Under the pieces are notes generated by a model. That model saw only the letters and a program-made list of their open reading frames with translations, was not told where the DNA came from and made no database searches. A DNA stretch of 64,000 nt from Chlorokybus atmophyticus. Its lineage: Eukaryota > Plantae > Mesostigma and Chlorokybus algae. Position numbers and translations under genes: made by a program. The stretch covers positions 295,859-359,858 of the forward strand of contig RHPI01003599.1 of the NCBI GenBank assembly GCA_009103225.1, given 5' to 3'. This document shows, piece by piece, positions 25,049 through 38,081 of this stretch (within the stretch, counting starts at the first letter, position 1; the number at the start of each line of letters is the position of its first letter).

Positions 25049-27337
25049 ACGGTTTGACAGAGTCCCAAACATAACCTTCCTCACTCCCCCACCTTAGACC
25101 CAACCCCACTGTAACATTCGCCAGCCTGCAAAGCACGGAGACATATGCAACAATCTGATTATATACATTGTATTGAGTTGCCACCATTTTTGTGTTGGGT
25201 GGGTTGTTGACCAGCTGGACCGGTCCACATGCACCTGTGAATGCATTGTGGCATGCGGTTCTGTGTACGTCTCTGCAATAGCGAAAAAGTCAGTTCATTA
25301 TCGTCTGCATGCATGGACTGGCATGTGACTTTGGGTGTGTTGCTGGCAGAGCAATAGTCTATTTGCAGCCATTCACACAGCAGCCCTGCGAATTGTTTAT
25401 TGGAGGAAACTGTGGTGCAAGGTGATCGTCCATCATATACATTAATGAGAGGCTGCCAGTGGTAAGATGTAACTTGCAGTGGTACAACAGAGTCCATGGC
25501 GACAACATCACACATCCATCAATTGATGCAATTACAACGCTGCAGTTGCTAGTGGGTGTGCTTGCCACTCTGTGTTGTCAAGCAAGTGCGCAGAAACTGA
25601 CATTAGCCGCACTAGCAAGTTGCAATTATCTGAATATCATGCGCTATCTGAATGCATCTTGCGAGGCTGCGGCTTCCACAAGGGAAAAAGTGATCCGCCA
25701 CCCGCGACATGGTGTGTGACCATGTGTTCACTTTGATAATGGAGACTAGCTTCATCGTAAGCTGCAAGAGATTGACACGCATGTTCGGGTTCGTGTCCAT
25801 GTATAGTCAACGGAATGCTTGTGCACTACAGCGGGCTCAGCGCGTGGCTCTGTTGGAGAAAGCCTCGACAGCCGTGTCCAGCTCCGGCTGGCCACCACAA
25901 CGACCTGCTCCTATGACAACCCCGTCGGACGTGGCATTGCTCTTTACGTGAGGCCTGCGCGGCTGACGCGCGCTGGCATGCACAGTTGTATTGTGAAGTG
26001 CATTCGCGTTGTGATTGTCTTGAATTGCGTGGTTGCATTAGCAAATTTGCGTCGTTGCATTAGCGTTCGTTAAGATGGCCACGATGCACATCGGCTACTT
26101 TGTAGAACTTGCTTAAATACATCAAGCCATTGGGTGGCTGTTGTATGAGCAGAGTCTACTTTTGACATGCCGAGTGGCGGTTCTCGTTGTTATGATTTCT
26201 TATAAATAGACGATCGGCCCTGCCAAATGGCGCATATTCGTCAGCGTCATGATGTTGTTCAGGCTGCGCACATGCAAGATGGCAATGGCAAATGCCTTGA
26301 TCGATCAACAGCATTAGAAATACTGAAAAGCTTTAAGTGGATCACCATGCTAAGGCTTACCCTTTTCGTGTTTGTGTGCTTTTGCTCAGTAGTTCGAGAC
26401 TTCTCCTAACGCTGCACACAAACTTCCGCCAAACCTTGGGGCTGCAGATGAGCATCGCGGGTGAGAGACCGCCCCGGCATACCAAAGGCTTCAGTTCTTT
26501 CATTAGCACGTATAAACTGACGCCGCGAACATGCACCCTTGCGTGACAGCCTTGGTAAGCTCCGCTATGATCGGTCCAGCACATGTAGTGGTCAAACGCA
26601 GTAGCATGGTAGGTCAAGTGCTGTGGGGTTGTGCACAGCAGGGTAAGTAGCGTGCATGCATTCAGACCTAAGCTTTATGTGTGGCTGTTGAACCAGCAGC
26701 GAAAAATAGCAGCAACTTCTCATTGACGATCGTGTGGACGTGTGTCGACAATCACGTACGTATCATGCTATGCCAGCTCTCGCTTTGTTACTGCCTGACA
26801 AGCTTTGGGGTATTTCTGAAAATCGTCAGCATGCTTAAGTTTTGCGGCATAACATAACGGTACATCTACGGAAAGCGTCATTGCCTCCGCATCATGATGT
26901 CCAGTATCTCGCCTTTGTCGAAGTGCACCCACAGAATCTTGATGAATTTGTCGTCATCAAGATCGTCAGGCACTGCCGACACAAACTTGATGAGGCTCGT
27001 GACATAGGCCATGGGCCAGACTATAAACTTGGGCGGGTGGATGCCGCATGTAACGATATACGGGTTGTGCCTCTCTATCCACCGCGGGCACCACCACCAT
27101 CACCTGCATATAATGCGATGACCAGTTGGCCCACATGAGGGTGATGGACAATCCTGAGCGCACAAGTACTTACTTGTACCCAGGCGCCTCCTTGAAAGCT
27201 GCCGGCTTTGTTCTCCTTGGTGCATGCGGTAATGTCCTTCGCAAGGTCAAGAAATGAATCTTGTTCTTAGCAGCTTGGTCACAACATGGAAAGCATCCAG
27301 TGAAGAAAAGACGCAATGCCTAAGATCACATTAGCAC

Positions 27338-27631
27338 TTAACATCTTGACCAAGTTTTCCTTGGTGCATCTAAAAATGTGAGCAGTGCTAAATACTCATG
27401 CATCGAGTTGTTCAAGCATTTGTGGACTGCCACCCAGCGCACATCGTAAAGTAGTATGTCAATTCCGGGTTCAGCAAGTTTGTACCAGAGTTTAGCTGCA
27501 CGCTTTAAAGAGCGTAATACGTACACACGGACTGAAGCAACTCTCAAGGTCTTGAAAAGTCTGCACCTGTCAACCAATAAGGGCAAGCCGAGAACAAATG
27601 AACAAATTATAATATGCCCGCAAGAGCACAC
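27338..27631 (-). mobile_element. possible degenerate hAT-type transposase fragment
   Basis: LLYDVRWVAVHKCLNNSMHEYLALLTFL resembles the hAT 'RW' motif region, in AT-rich context. No TIRs found. Confidence 0.3.
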
Positions 27632-28746
27632 AACCTGTCTACCGTATTAGCAACTTACTTGGCTTATGTGGCTTATGTGGTCTACAATAAGGCTATGTGT
27701 TGGATCAGACATATCGGAGGCATATAAGCCATATACCAAAGTACACATCAATAGTTGTACAAATCGTTGTTAAAGGAACTGCTATCCTACAAGTCAATTG
27801 CAACCTTTCCTTCCGCTGCACATAACGCCTACCTTTGTAAAATGATCACTTCCCTTGCCTACGCCCAAAAGCATGCAATCACACGCGTGTAGCATACCGT
27901 CATCTATAAGCTGGTGCGTTGATAGAGTTTAATTGGGATGTGATGTATGTTCTAATATTTATTTATTTATTCTATTGAGTGTTGTGACTGCATTGCACAT
28001 GACCTCCAGCAAATGATGAACTAGTTAAGTTAAATAATTCACATAACTGAGTTGTACACTTGGGGCATAACGATGGAGACCATGCAGTCAAGACAGCATT
28101 GTGTATGAAAGTGGTATACGGAGATGTATTGGCGCCATGCCCTGCAAGCAATCCACCCGAACAACTATGTTGGAGTACCAACGTAGAACGCCAAGCTCAA
28201 GGATGCAAATGTGTACGTAAGTCCGGAAGGCCAATGTGTGCAAACGTGCACGGCCATATACAACCCACCGGCTACTGCAACATTGATCTGATAGCATGTA
28301 GCTGTTTATTGTTGGGGATTATACCGCCCACAAATGTTGCAGACTCCAGATGCCTTCCCAAAAGTGTCAAAAGTCCTAGCCGCCAGCGGGATGCAGCAGT
28401 AGTGTAGACCATCGGGGGAGAGCAAGTACACATGGCGAACGCACCAGCAGGGTAGACACCAAAACCGATACCAGGTGCAACTCGAAAACAATCGACCACG
28501 ACAACACCATAGGACGCCAATTATGAAGGGGGCAAGATCTCCGCCGTAGCATGTGCATATTTGCCCAGGCTTCATACCAGCCATTAACGCATCAACGCAT
28601 CAAGCAACAGGCATTGGGTCCATCAGTTGTAGAACTAGCAAACTCTGTGTTATTTTACAGTACTTCAAGACTTGCGCCTAATGCAGTCACACTACACAGC
28701 CAATACAAGGATGCGCGCACATATGCGGCGTAACATCCTTTGTACA

Positions 28747-31030
28747 CTAGAACTCAAGCTCGCCTCGCAGCACAATAACCGCGCACCCACCCACCTTGAC
28801 AGTCTGTATGTTGTCCGGGTCCCCAACCACCTCCACATCCGCCTTCCCCGGCCGGTTCATCCAATGACCCTTGGTCACACAAACACAAAGTGCTTGAGAC
28901 ACAACACAAGGCTCACACGCGCGCACGCGCACACACACACACACACACACACATACTGACCCTCGCTCTCACCTGCTCTGCGACGAATTTGGGGGTGTCA
29001 ATCAGTCTGTACTTCCACAGGTATGCTGCCATAGACCCCGTGCCGGATCCCGTGAAGGATTCCTCGAAGAGGTCCGGTGGCGTGCCAAAGTGTCGCGCGA
29101 AGGTGTGGGCCTCGGGCGTCACGCCGCCCAACGCGAACAGGTGCGGACTGAGGAAGTCCGCCTTTGCACGGAACGCCTCGTACGCGCGGATGTCAACCAC
29201 CTGAGCCTTACGAAGAGTGTCCAAGTCCTTCACGGGGACCATTAGCTGCGGAGTGCCTGTGCTCACTGTCTGGAGCGGCGCATCTGCATAAAGCATGCTG
29301 TCAACTCTATACGCACGCTTGCACGCACGCACGCACACAGGCGCGCGCGTGCATGCACACACACGTGCAGATGAATGCATACACGCATGCGCGCGTGCGC
29401 ACTTCTGATACCCATGCATGCACATTCATGCATGCACACACGCACGAAAACGCATACGTGCGCACGCACTTGTGCACAGACATACACCTTCGCACCCGCA
29501 CGTACACAATGCAGGCGCGCAAAGTTGCAGGCATACCAGGCATGGCATCGTCCTCGGTCAGGCCGAATAGCGGCATCACGTCCCTGGCTTGATACAACTT
29601 CATAAACACCGGCGGCAGCTGGTTCATAACAACCTTCCAAAACCAACACAACTCTATCAAACCCGTGGACATCAACTCACTGTTATCAAGCAATAAAAAC
29701 CACTCTCACACCTTCTCAACACGGCCGTCGCAGCCCGCAATCGCCTCCACTTGTATGATCTGTCCAACAGACGAGCCGAGTTGCAACGGGACTGTTACAG
29801 AGTTGCGGCCGTTGAATTGCATCCGCCCGCACTCGAACAACGCGTATATGCCGCCGATTGTTGTGTTGCCCGCCAGCGGCAACTCCTGCGCACACGCGGC
29901 AACATAAATGTGCGTGCTTGCCTAAGCAATGTGCATACATGTTTGCGAGGGTTTGCACACCTGTGGGCACATGCTTGCAACTAGGTAGGTAGACACACAG
30001 TCACACACAAACACATGCATGCACACGCACGCAACAAAAGTTCATACCACTTGTTCAGCACCAAACCACTCAATACATGGTAATACATGCTAGCTATACG
30101 CACTTTTGCAACCATACGCACACCAAGCAAGCTACTACTCAAAGCGAGTCCTCTCTCACCTGTGCTGAAGTGAAGTAGCGCAGCCTCACTTCAGCTGACG
30201 AGTCCTGCGCCCGCAGCACGAAGGCCGTCGTGGACAGATTCATCTCACGCGCAATGGCCTGTTGTTGTGCAACAACAACAACATTTTCTCAGGTGAGGCA
30301 AACCTTCGAGACCGACACAACAAGCGCTTATGCATGTGCGTGTGCACGCAAATGCACACACACACACGCGTACGTGCACTCACACATGCATGTGTGCGTG
30401 CATGCACAAGTTCACACAAACGTGTCACACCTGCATGGTTGGGATTGTGAAGTCGTCCGCATCGAACACCACCACGCACGGGTTGCCCGCCAGCGGCGAG
30501 GCTGTGAAGGTGTCCACCTGCGTGATGATGATGATGATGCAATCACGGCATCAACATGAAATGACTAGTACTCGTTGCTGACATTCAAGCAAGCAGAAAG
30601 CAAAGAAAGAAGACAGCACGCAAGTGCCTGAAAAAGAAGGGAGGGAGAATAACAACACATCAAGATTGGACAAAGGCAACACAAGATGAGACAAAGGCAA
30701 CAGTAACCAAACAAACAGCACACAGACCCTGCGCTGAGAACATCTCTTACAGACAAGGGAGTTGAGAAAGACAAAGTAGTTACGAGATATGCCAAGCAAC
30801 ATGCTTGGTGTGACTTGCATGCATAATTGCTTGCTTGCTTGCATGCTTGCTTGTAAGCATGCCGTGCCACTCCAGCAATCCTCTCAGCTTCATCATCACA
30901 CCTGTACAAACTGGTGTGCTGGCAGTCCGTCCGCCACCAGCGGGCTTCCTGGCCGCTTCACCCCACTGCCAGAAGAAGCAGCGGTGGAGGCGAGGCCAGG
31001 AGCAGAGGAGGCGGCGGTGTCGGTAGCCAT
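28747..31030 (-). CDS. phzF: PhzF/phenazine-biosynthesis-like isomerase (DAP-epimerase fold), 339 aa, catalytic residues substituted
   Basis: Exons 31030-30902, 30517-30431, 30258-30160, 29885-29712, 29633-29537, 29283-28973 and 28869-28747 join in frame. Motifs are QVDTFTASPLAGNP, AREMNLSTTAF, ELPLAGNTTIG, VSTGTPQL, FARHF, EESFTGSGTG, EQGHWMNRPG and VKVGG. Confidence 0.92.
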
Positions 31031-31568
31031 GGGCCTAGTATGGGGGACAGCAATCACCAGTAGCAGCAGGAGGAGTAGTAAGAAAAGTTGTTGACAAGTC
31101 GCAGTCAGCCGCCGCCCGCCTCAATATCGACTTTTCAAGAGATTCTGCTGTTAGGCTTGTGATTTTCTGTCTCATGCGTTTGCTTTGCTGCACAGAGGAA
31201 GCGCTATCATACAAGAGTGAAGCTTGCTCTATTGCTCTAGCAGAAGCATGCATGGCACAGACACAAGCACATATGCATGCGTGGTGTAGCAACCACGTCT
31301 CTCCGCCCCCCCACNGCCCGCCGCCGCCGCCGCCACCGCCACCGCCGCTGAGACTAGTGCAAGAACTGCTGCTTGCTTGCACACAGTGTGCGTCCTTTTC
31401 TCCAACTCCAAATGCGTCTTTGTCGTTTTTCTGACTTCGTTCGTGCTGCATAATGCACTTGCGTGGTACTCTCCACCTCATGTGAGCTGTGAGAGTGTGC
31501 GGCATGCTGGCATGTGGCATGCAGGAAGCCAAGCATTCATTCACCCCCCCCCCCCCCACCCCCCCCCC

Positions 31569-31993
31569 NNNNNNNNNNNNNNNNNNNNNNNNNNNNNNNN
31601 NNNNNNNNNNNNNNNNNNNNNNNNNNNNNNNNNNNNNNNNNNNNNNNNNNNNNNNNNNNNNNNNNNNNNNNNNNNNNNNNNNNNNNNNNNNNNNNNNNNN
31701 NNNNNNNNNNNNNNNNNNNNNNNNNNNNNNNNNNNNNNNNNNNNNNNNNNNNNNNNNNNNNNNNNNNNNNNNNNNNNNNNNNNNNNNNNNNNNNNNNNNN
31801 NNNNNNNNNNNNNNNNNNNNNNNNNNNNNNNNNNNNNNNNNNNNNNNNNNNNNNNNNNNNNNNNNNNNNNNNNNNNNNNNNNNNNNNNNNNNNNNNNNNN
31901 NNNNNNNNNNNNNNNNNNNNNNNNNNNNNNNNNNNNNNNNNNNNNNNNNNNNNNNNNNNNNNNNNNNNNNNNNNNNNNNNNNNNNNNNNNNNN
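31569..31993. other. assembly gap (N run) flanked by poly-C
   Basis: N characters. Confidence 1.
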
Positions 31994-32626
31994 TTCCCCC
32001 CCCCCCCCCCCCAACCACCAATGCACACCAGTGCTATGTGCTGCTGTCTGATGGATGAGGTGTGCGGTGGCATGAATCGTGTCGTGTGCACGAAGTGTAA
32101 CGGGATGATCAACATTGACAGTTACAGGACTCACAGAAGTCTGCTGTATATTTTGCTTTATTTATTGAGCAACGCACATGTACAGCAGTGGTGCGTCTGC
32201 AAGTTAGCACACTGTGTACTTGAATGTAGCCTGATACTTGCAGTTCAAAGGATCAACAAGCCAAGGGAAGGAAAGGGGTGTTAAGGGGGCCACCTTTTTT
32301 CCCTCCTTAAACTCCATCACCGACACGCTGTATAAACATGACCTTGGCAAGAAAACACCTAGTGATGGATGGGTGCTTACAATACGTACACACATGGCTT
32401 CAAGCACAAACGCATCGCACGACCAAGCGGACAAGGTTTACACCCCACGTTGTCTGCCACACACTTGGCTGGCCAATCCCAACTATATGGTCTATGCTGT
32501 GCAAACAGTTGATGAGAAGCTCAATTGCAAGAATGATGAAGAAGGGTTGAGTAACTGCAAAAGTGGCAACAAGACATTTAGAGAGACGTGCGCCACTGAG
32601 CTACACCCCTCCCTTGCTCCCTTTCT

Positions 32627-34784
32627 CTAGAAGCCAACGCGCTGCAGTCCGAACACATCGCGGGTCTGCGCATACACGTCACTCTTTATGTGTCTGAATC
32701 AACAACACAAAGGACAGAATCACACGCACACATTCACACAAACAACTCACCTGCGTGGGCAGCCTGTTGTCCGCGACGAACGCACTGACCGCCCAGAGCT
32801 CTCGCTGTCTGTGTGTAAGTGACGCCCACATCACGGGTGGGTTACAACCACACCACCAAAGCACACACACCACACCACTTCAATATTACCATCACCATCA
32901 CCATCACCACCATCACCGCCATCATCACCACCATCATCACCATCACCACGAACAGCACTGCATGCGCATGCGCGTGTGCGTGCGTGCGCATGTGGCACAC
33001 ACGGCACCCACCTCGAGTTGTACTCTATCGTCGTGACGGTGAAGCGCGACACCTCAACCATGGCGGAGAAGCCATCAGTTGACTCGTACGCAACAACCTG
33101 CACGCACAAGGGTAACTGGGTGAGTGACACATGAGCATATGTGCCTGGTTGTGTGAGACACATGCACACACACACACACACACCTGTGTTCCGCCCTGAA
33201 CGGTGACGAGTCGTCCGTCCACGAATCGGATCCCGTCCCCGCGCACCTCCTGGGGCGGGGTCACGCTGATGCGGCTCACTTGCTTGTCGCTGATGCGGAT
33301 CTGCGCGGGCGTGGGACGAACACGTCACACAGTAGTCAGTCACCACATCCATACACGTGCGCGCGCACGCGCGCACGCACAAGCGCCTGCACACACACAC
33401 ATAACACGAATTGCGCATGATGCTTTGGTCAGCACGCAAACAGTGTGTTCCCGTCGTGTACCTTGAATACGTCTCCTGTCCCTGAGTTGGCGGTGATGAT
33501 GTGTCCATCCGAGTACTCGATGCCGTTGACTCCAAACCCGGAAGGCGCCGAAAAGTCGGGTCCATCCAGCCACACCTGAATGCGCCATTTGTGAATGTGT
33601 GTGAACAGAGACTGCAACAACAGTGAGACATATGTCCACATGCACCCACCTCTGCGTTGTTGCAGTCCGGGCACGCGCCAGATCATGCCCCCGGGGGGGG
33701 TCCGTGACGTAGGCAGTGCCGTCCGGGGAGGCCACCACGTCGTTGGAAGCGTGGGGACGGAGCCTGGCGTGCGTGCGTGCGTGCGTGCGTGCGCGCGCAC
33801 GTTTATGTGGGTGTGCGTGCGTATAAAGCGCGTGTGAGGGTGAGAACTGTGGTTGCAGGTCCAGCCAGCGTGTGCGCATGACTGTGTGCGTGTGCGCGCG
33901 CATGAGGTGACAATGCTTGATGGGTTGTGTGTGTGCCTTGTTACCAACTCATACCTTTGCTCTTCGTTGAGGGTTGTGCGTAGGTCCACAGACCACAGGA
34001 ACTTCTTCTCCGTGGCGTCAAATACAGCGAGACCCGCGTACACGCCAGGGACAGTGGCCCGATCACGCTACACACACACACGCGCAACTCCTAAGCTACG
34101 AAACTCTACAAGCCGCATGCACACAAGCACACGTACACACGCGCAGGCACTCACCCCAGTGCAGGTGTCCGCCATGGCAGCCAGCAGCCTCTTGCCATAG
34201 CCGTTGCTGTTGTAGTCCAGCTGCACGCCGAAGCTCCTGACGGCCGCGGCGCCAGCGGGGACGGGGATACGCGACCACACGTGCACGCGACCGCTGCGGG
34301 GGTTCACCTGCGTGGGTGTGGGCACATGTGGGTTAAGTGTGTGTGGGCGAAAGAGGCACGGCGTCAAGGTCTGGGACTTGCACACGTTCGCGTATGTGCA
34401 TGCGCATGCATATGTGTGTGCCTATGTGTCCGTGTGCGCATGCACGTACATGTGCATGCAAGTCTAATACGCGGAACACAAAGCGGTGAGCATTGCATGC
34501 ACACATACACGCATGTGCACACGGACACACAGACTCATACCCACCTTATTTATCCCATTCGTCCGTATACTCCCCGTCATATAGTTATTCCCGCACGGCT
34601 CGTACTTGAACGACTCCGGGTACAGCCGCGGGTACACCACCGTCAGGTTGCGCAGCTGGTAGCGGACGATGCCCTCCGCGTTGCACTGGGAAAAGTTGTT
34701 GTTGTTGTTGTTGGCGTGGGAGAGAGAGAGGGAAGCAGAAAGGAGGAGGAGGAGGAGGAGAATGGTGGGGAGGCGGGGAGACAT
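32627..34784 (-). CDS. secreted SMP-30/gluconolactonase-like (calcium-dependent phosphotriesterase superfamily) beta-propeller
   Basis: Signal peptide MSPRLPTILLLLLLLSASLSLSHA, then LYPESFKY..YMTGS, AGLAVFD..LWSVDL, SNDVVASPDGTAYVTD, GFGVNGIEY..IITANSGTG and GDGIRF. The last exon is TRDVFGLQRVGF*. There is a reading-frame problem at the G8 run 33693-33700. Confidence 0.75.
32888..32949. repeat. (CAT/CAC)n trinucleotide repeat in intron
   Basis: Directly visible. It produces a spurious poly-His ORF. Confidence 0.9.
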
Positions 34785-36052
34785 GATGTTGGGATGGGAG
34801 AAATGTGGCTTGGCTGCGAGAGAGGACGGGTTAGGGGGGGCGAGATCTTCCAATGTGATGCATGCGCAAGTCAATGTGTTGGTGCTATGCATTGTCGGCC
34901 GAGTGGGCTACATTGGATGTGCGTGCATGTGAGCATTGATGGACAAGTGTGTGGGTGTGGGGAGCACGGTGGTGTGCGTTTCGGATGTGCATTCTGCGCT
35001 TGTGCACCACGTGAGGCGGCATAGCCAGGTTACATGTGAATGGGCACACCTGTGTGCAACAACCTTGAAATGCATGTACGGGTTGCACACAGCCCTGCCG
35101 CATGCACGAATATGTTACCTGATGCGCCTGATACTGCCGAGCAGATGCAACCACAACACAACAAAGCAAGGAAATGCCCACGTGCCCACGTGCACCCGCA
35201 CAACTCACATGTGTGAGAGTGGCAGTCAGCCACCCAGGCAGCAGGAGCAGGTGTAGGAGCAGTAGTTGTGCATGCAACTTCCTTGCAATCTTCACCCTTC
35301 TCTTGCACTGCCCCAAAACAGTTGTCGTTCCAACCTATACCAACGTACACACTGTGGGATGTGCTGCCGCCACGGTGGGGTGATGCAGCGCTGAAATGGT
35401 ACCTCACCCCACCCTCCCACCACCACCGTGGTGCACTGCCAGCCCACAAAACCGCACACTCTATTGCCTTCTCCCCGAATTTTCGTCTCACTAGCAAACG
35501 AATGTTATCGTGCTGTTGCCAGCCACACAAGGCACGGCACGGCCATTGCGCATTGAACCATCATCAATTCATCATTACGACCAGCACTGCTAGTGGAGTG
35601 CTAATGGAGCATCAAATGGAGTGCGCGACTGCTAACTTAGAGGGTCTTTACACCTAAGGTTCGAGCCTCGCGGTTATCAGACGTGGCGGCGCTTTTCGTT
35701 CTAACCTAATAGAGGCACCAGTTACACTAGTCGATTAGGCCGCCGGTTAGTATCGAGCTGCTTAACCTCGATGCCAGCGTGGCTATTGGTCTGCAATGCA
35801 TTGCAGTGCATTATCAATCTTTTCCTAAACCACCTCTCGAGCGGCTTTAGGAAATGTTAAGGGGGGCCGCGGCAGTTGCGGTCGCGTCTGAGTGGACGAC
35901 AAAGCCTGAGCTGATACTCGCGCCTTTTGTCGTGTATTTCAAACATGCCGGCGCTTGGGGTTTTTTAAGACTGCGACGGCGGAGTTCGCAGGGCAGGCGG
36001 CGGTGGTGGCGGAGGCGGTGGCATTGCGAGGTGGTTTGTTGTGTTGCTTGCT

Positions 36053-38002
36053 ATGGACGCTCAGCACATGCAGCATCTGTGGCATGCACTGCAAGCTAGT
36101 CAACCCACTGCTGCACCAGGTAGACTGCACTATGCTGCGTCCACGTCACCGGATGTAACCCTTGATGGCTATTGGGCGCAGCGAGCGCATGAGCTACTGC
36201 AGCACATCCCTCCCAACCCAGCCACAGGACCTCGTCTGGTGCAGGTGTGATTGCATGTGCGTGCATGCGTGCGTGCGTGCGTGTTCACGCGTATGTGTGT
36301 GTGTGTTTGTGCATGTGTGCGTGCGCGCGTGCGTGCGTGTGTGAGTGTGATTGCATATGTGTGTCTGTGTGTGTCTGTGTGTGTAAGAGTGTGATTGCAT
36401 ATGTGAGTGCGTGCGTGTATGTGCAGTATAGTGCGTGCGTGCGTCAGTGTGAGAGTGTGGTTGTACTTGTGAGTGTTTGCGTGTTTGTGTGTGTGTGAGA
36501 GTGTAATTGCAGATGTGTGTGCGAGTGTGATTGCATGCGTGCGTGCGTGCATTCAATTCATGCATCACTCAGTGGCGTGATTGTGATCTGCAAATGCCCA
36601 TCCCAGCACTCGCAATGTCTTGGCCAGACGCACGCCCCGACTCGCCGCCCAGCACCGTGCCGACTGAGCCCATCCCGGCTCAAGAGCCCCCGGCGCACAC
36701 CTAAACTGCGCCGGTGCATTGCCCAACGCCTGAGCATGTTGCGCGAAGTGCCCCTTCGAAGAAGAAGAAGGCCACGCCTGCAGCAGCAGGTACACGTGTG
36801 TGCACAGTCTGGATGAGCTTGCGTGCTGCATGCATGTGCTAGAATGTGCACGTGTGCACAGTGCGAATGTGCTTGTGTGCTGTGTTGTATGTGTGTGTAG
36901 AGTCAAGCAATTCGTGCATGTGCGTGCATGGTGATACAATAACTGTGCATGTGTGTGCACAGTCAGAATCTGCTAGCATGCATGTGTGTGCACACTCACA
37001 GCACCTGCATGCACGTGCACAGTCAGTGTTGAAATTTGTACATGTGCATGGCTAGAGGCTGTGCGCGTGCAGGTGTGTAGAATGAGAGTAGGTGCTTGCA
37101 TGACTGCCCGGCGTGTACTGTGCAGGCAAAAAGCGTGCAGGAACGTGGAGTGCAGCGGAAAGCATTTGGTTGATTGCTGCACACAAGGAGTCCCACGAGA
37201 AGTGGGCCACCGGCGTCTACCGAGCAAGCAAGAACAAGACCTTGAAGTGGAAGGAGATTGCAGCAGCTGCATCTAAGCTTGCCAGGGAAGCCAATGGGGT
37301 GTTCGAGCGCACACCCGCTCAGTGCGATGATAGGTCAACCACTTGCTGGTTGTTGTGTGCATGTGAACGTATGTATGCAGCCAGGGTTCGTGTATGTGAG
37401 TGGGTAGTGCGCCTTGCTAACATGTGCATGGGCTACAGGTGGAGCAACATGAGGTTGCAATACTATGAGATCCGTCGCTTTGCTAGGCGGTCAGGCGCAC
37501 CCGACTACTTCAGCCTTGAGGTAGATCACAAGGAGTGGGAAGTGCCCAACAACTTGCTGGGCAGCAACATCCGTATCTACGAGTTGATGGAGGACGCGTT
37601 GGGCAGCACCGCAGCTGCAGAGCCACCCACCTCTTTCACCGCCGGGGGAGGTGAGGAGCAGCCATCAAAGACTTGCCAAGGTATGTTCATGTTGTCAAGC
37701 AAGACTGCCTGCCACACTTGGCAATAGCATGCTTACGTTGTGCTATTCTAGATAAGACTGCTGGAACCACGGGTAAGAAGCGCAAGGCCAAGGTCTCTTT
37801 CATTAGTGACACGATCAACCGCTAGTGTGAGCAGCAAGAACGTATGGCAGCGGAGCGCGCCGAAAGGGAGGCAGCTGCTGAGCAGATAGAGCTAGCAGCA
37901 CTCAAGGCAGAGGGGGATAAGCAGTGCTCAGCTATCTTAAGTCTAGGAAAAATGCTGAGTGAGGCTATTATGACACTGCGTTCCGCTGAGTGCATGTTGT
38001 AG
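36053..38002 (+). pseudogene. Harbinger Myb/SANT-like (trihelix-type) DNA-binding protein
   Basis: TWSAAESIWLIAAH...KWKEIA...RTPAQCDDR|WSNMRLQYYEI..PDYFSL is a Myb_DNA-bind_4-like pattern with a coiled-coil tail. In-frame stops at 36702 (TAA) and 37823 (TAG). Confidence 0.8.
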
Positions 38003-38081
38003 CAAAATCATGCATTTTGTATCTGTAGCAGGGAACAATGATACAAGTAGGGTTAGTGTTGCAACGTGATAGCAATTCGCA

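Noticed and set aside
28060-28584. Cys-rich ORFs on both strands
   Set aside because: No coherent domain or splice structure, and stops in all frames.
32755-33036. Poly-His ORF
   Set aside because: It is the antisense translation of an intronic CAT/CAC microsatellite.
36169-36568. His/Thr- and Cys/Val-rich ORFs (also 29164-29693, 33340-33903, 61560-62053)
   Set aside because: These are translations of CA/TG repeats in introns or low-complexity DNA.
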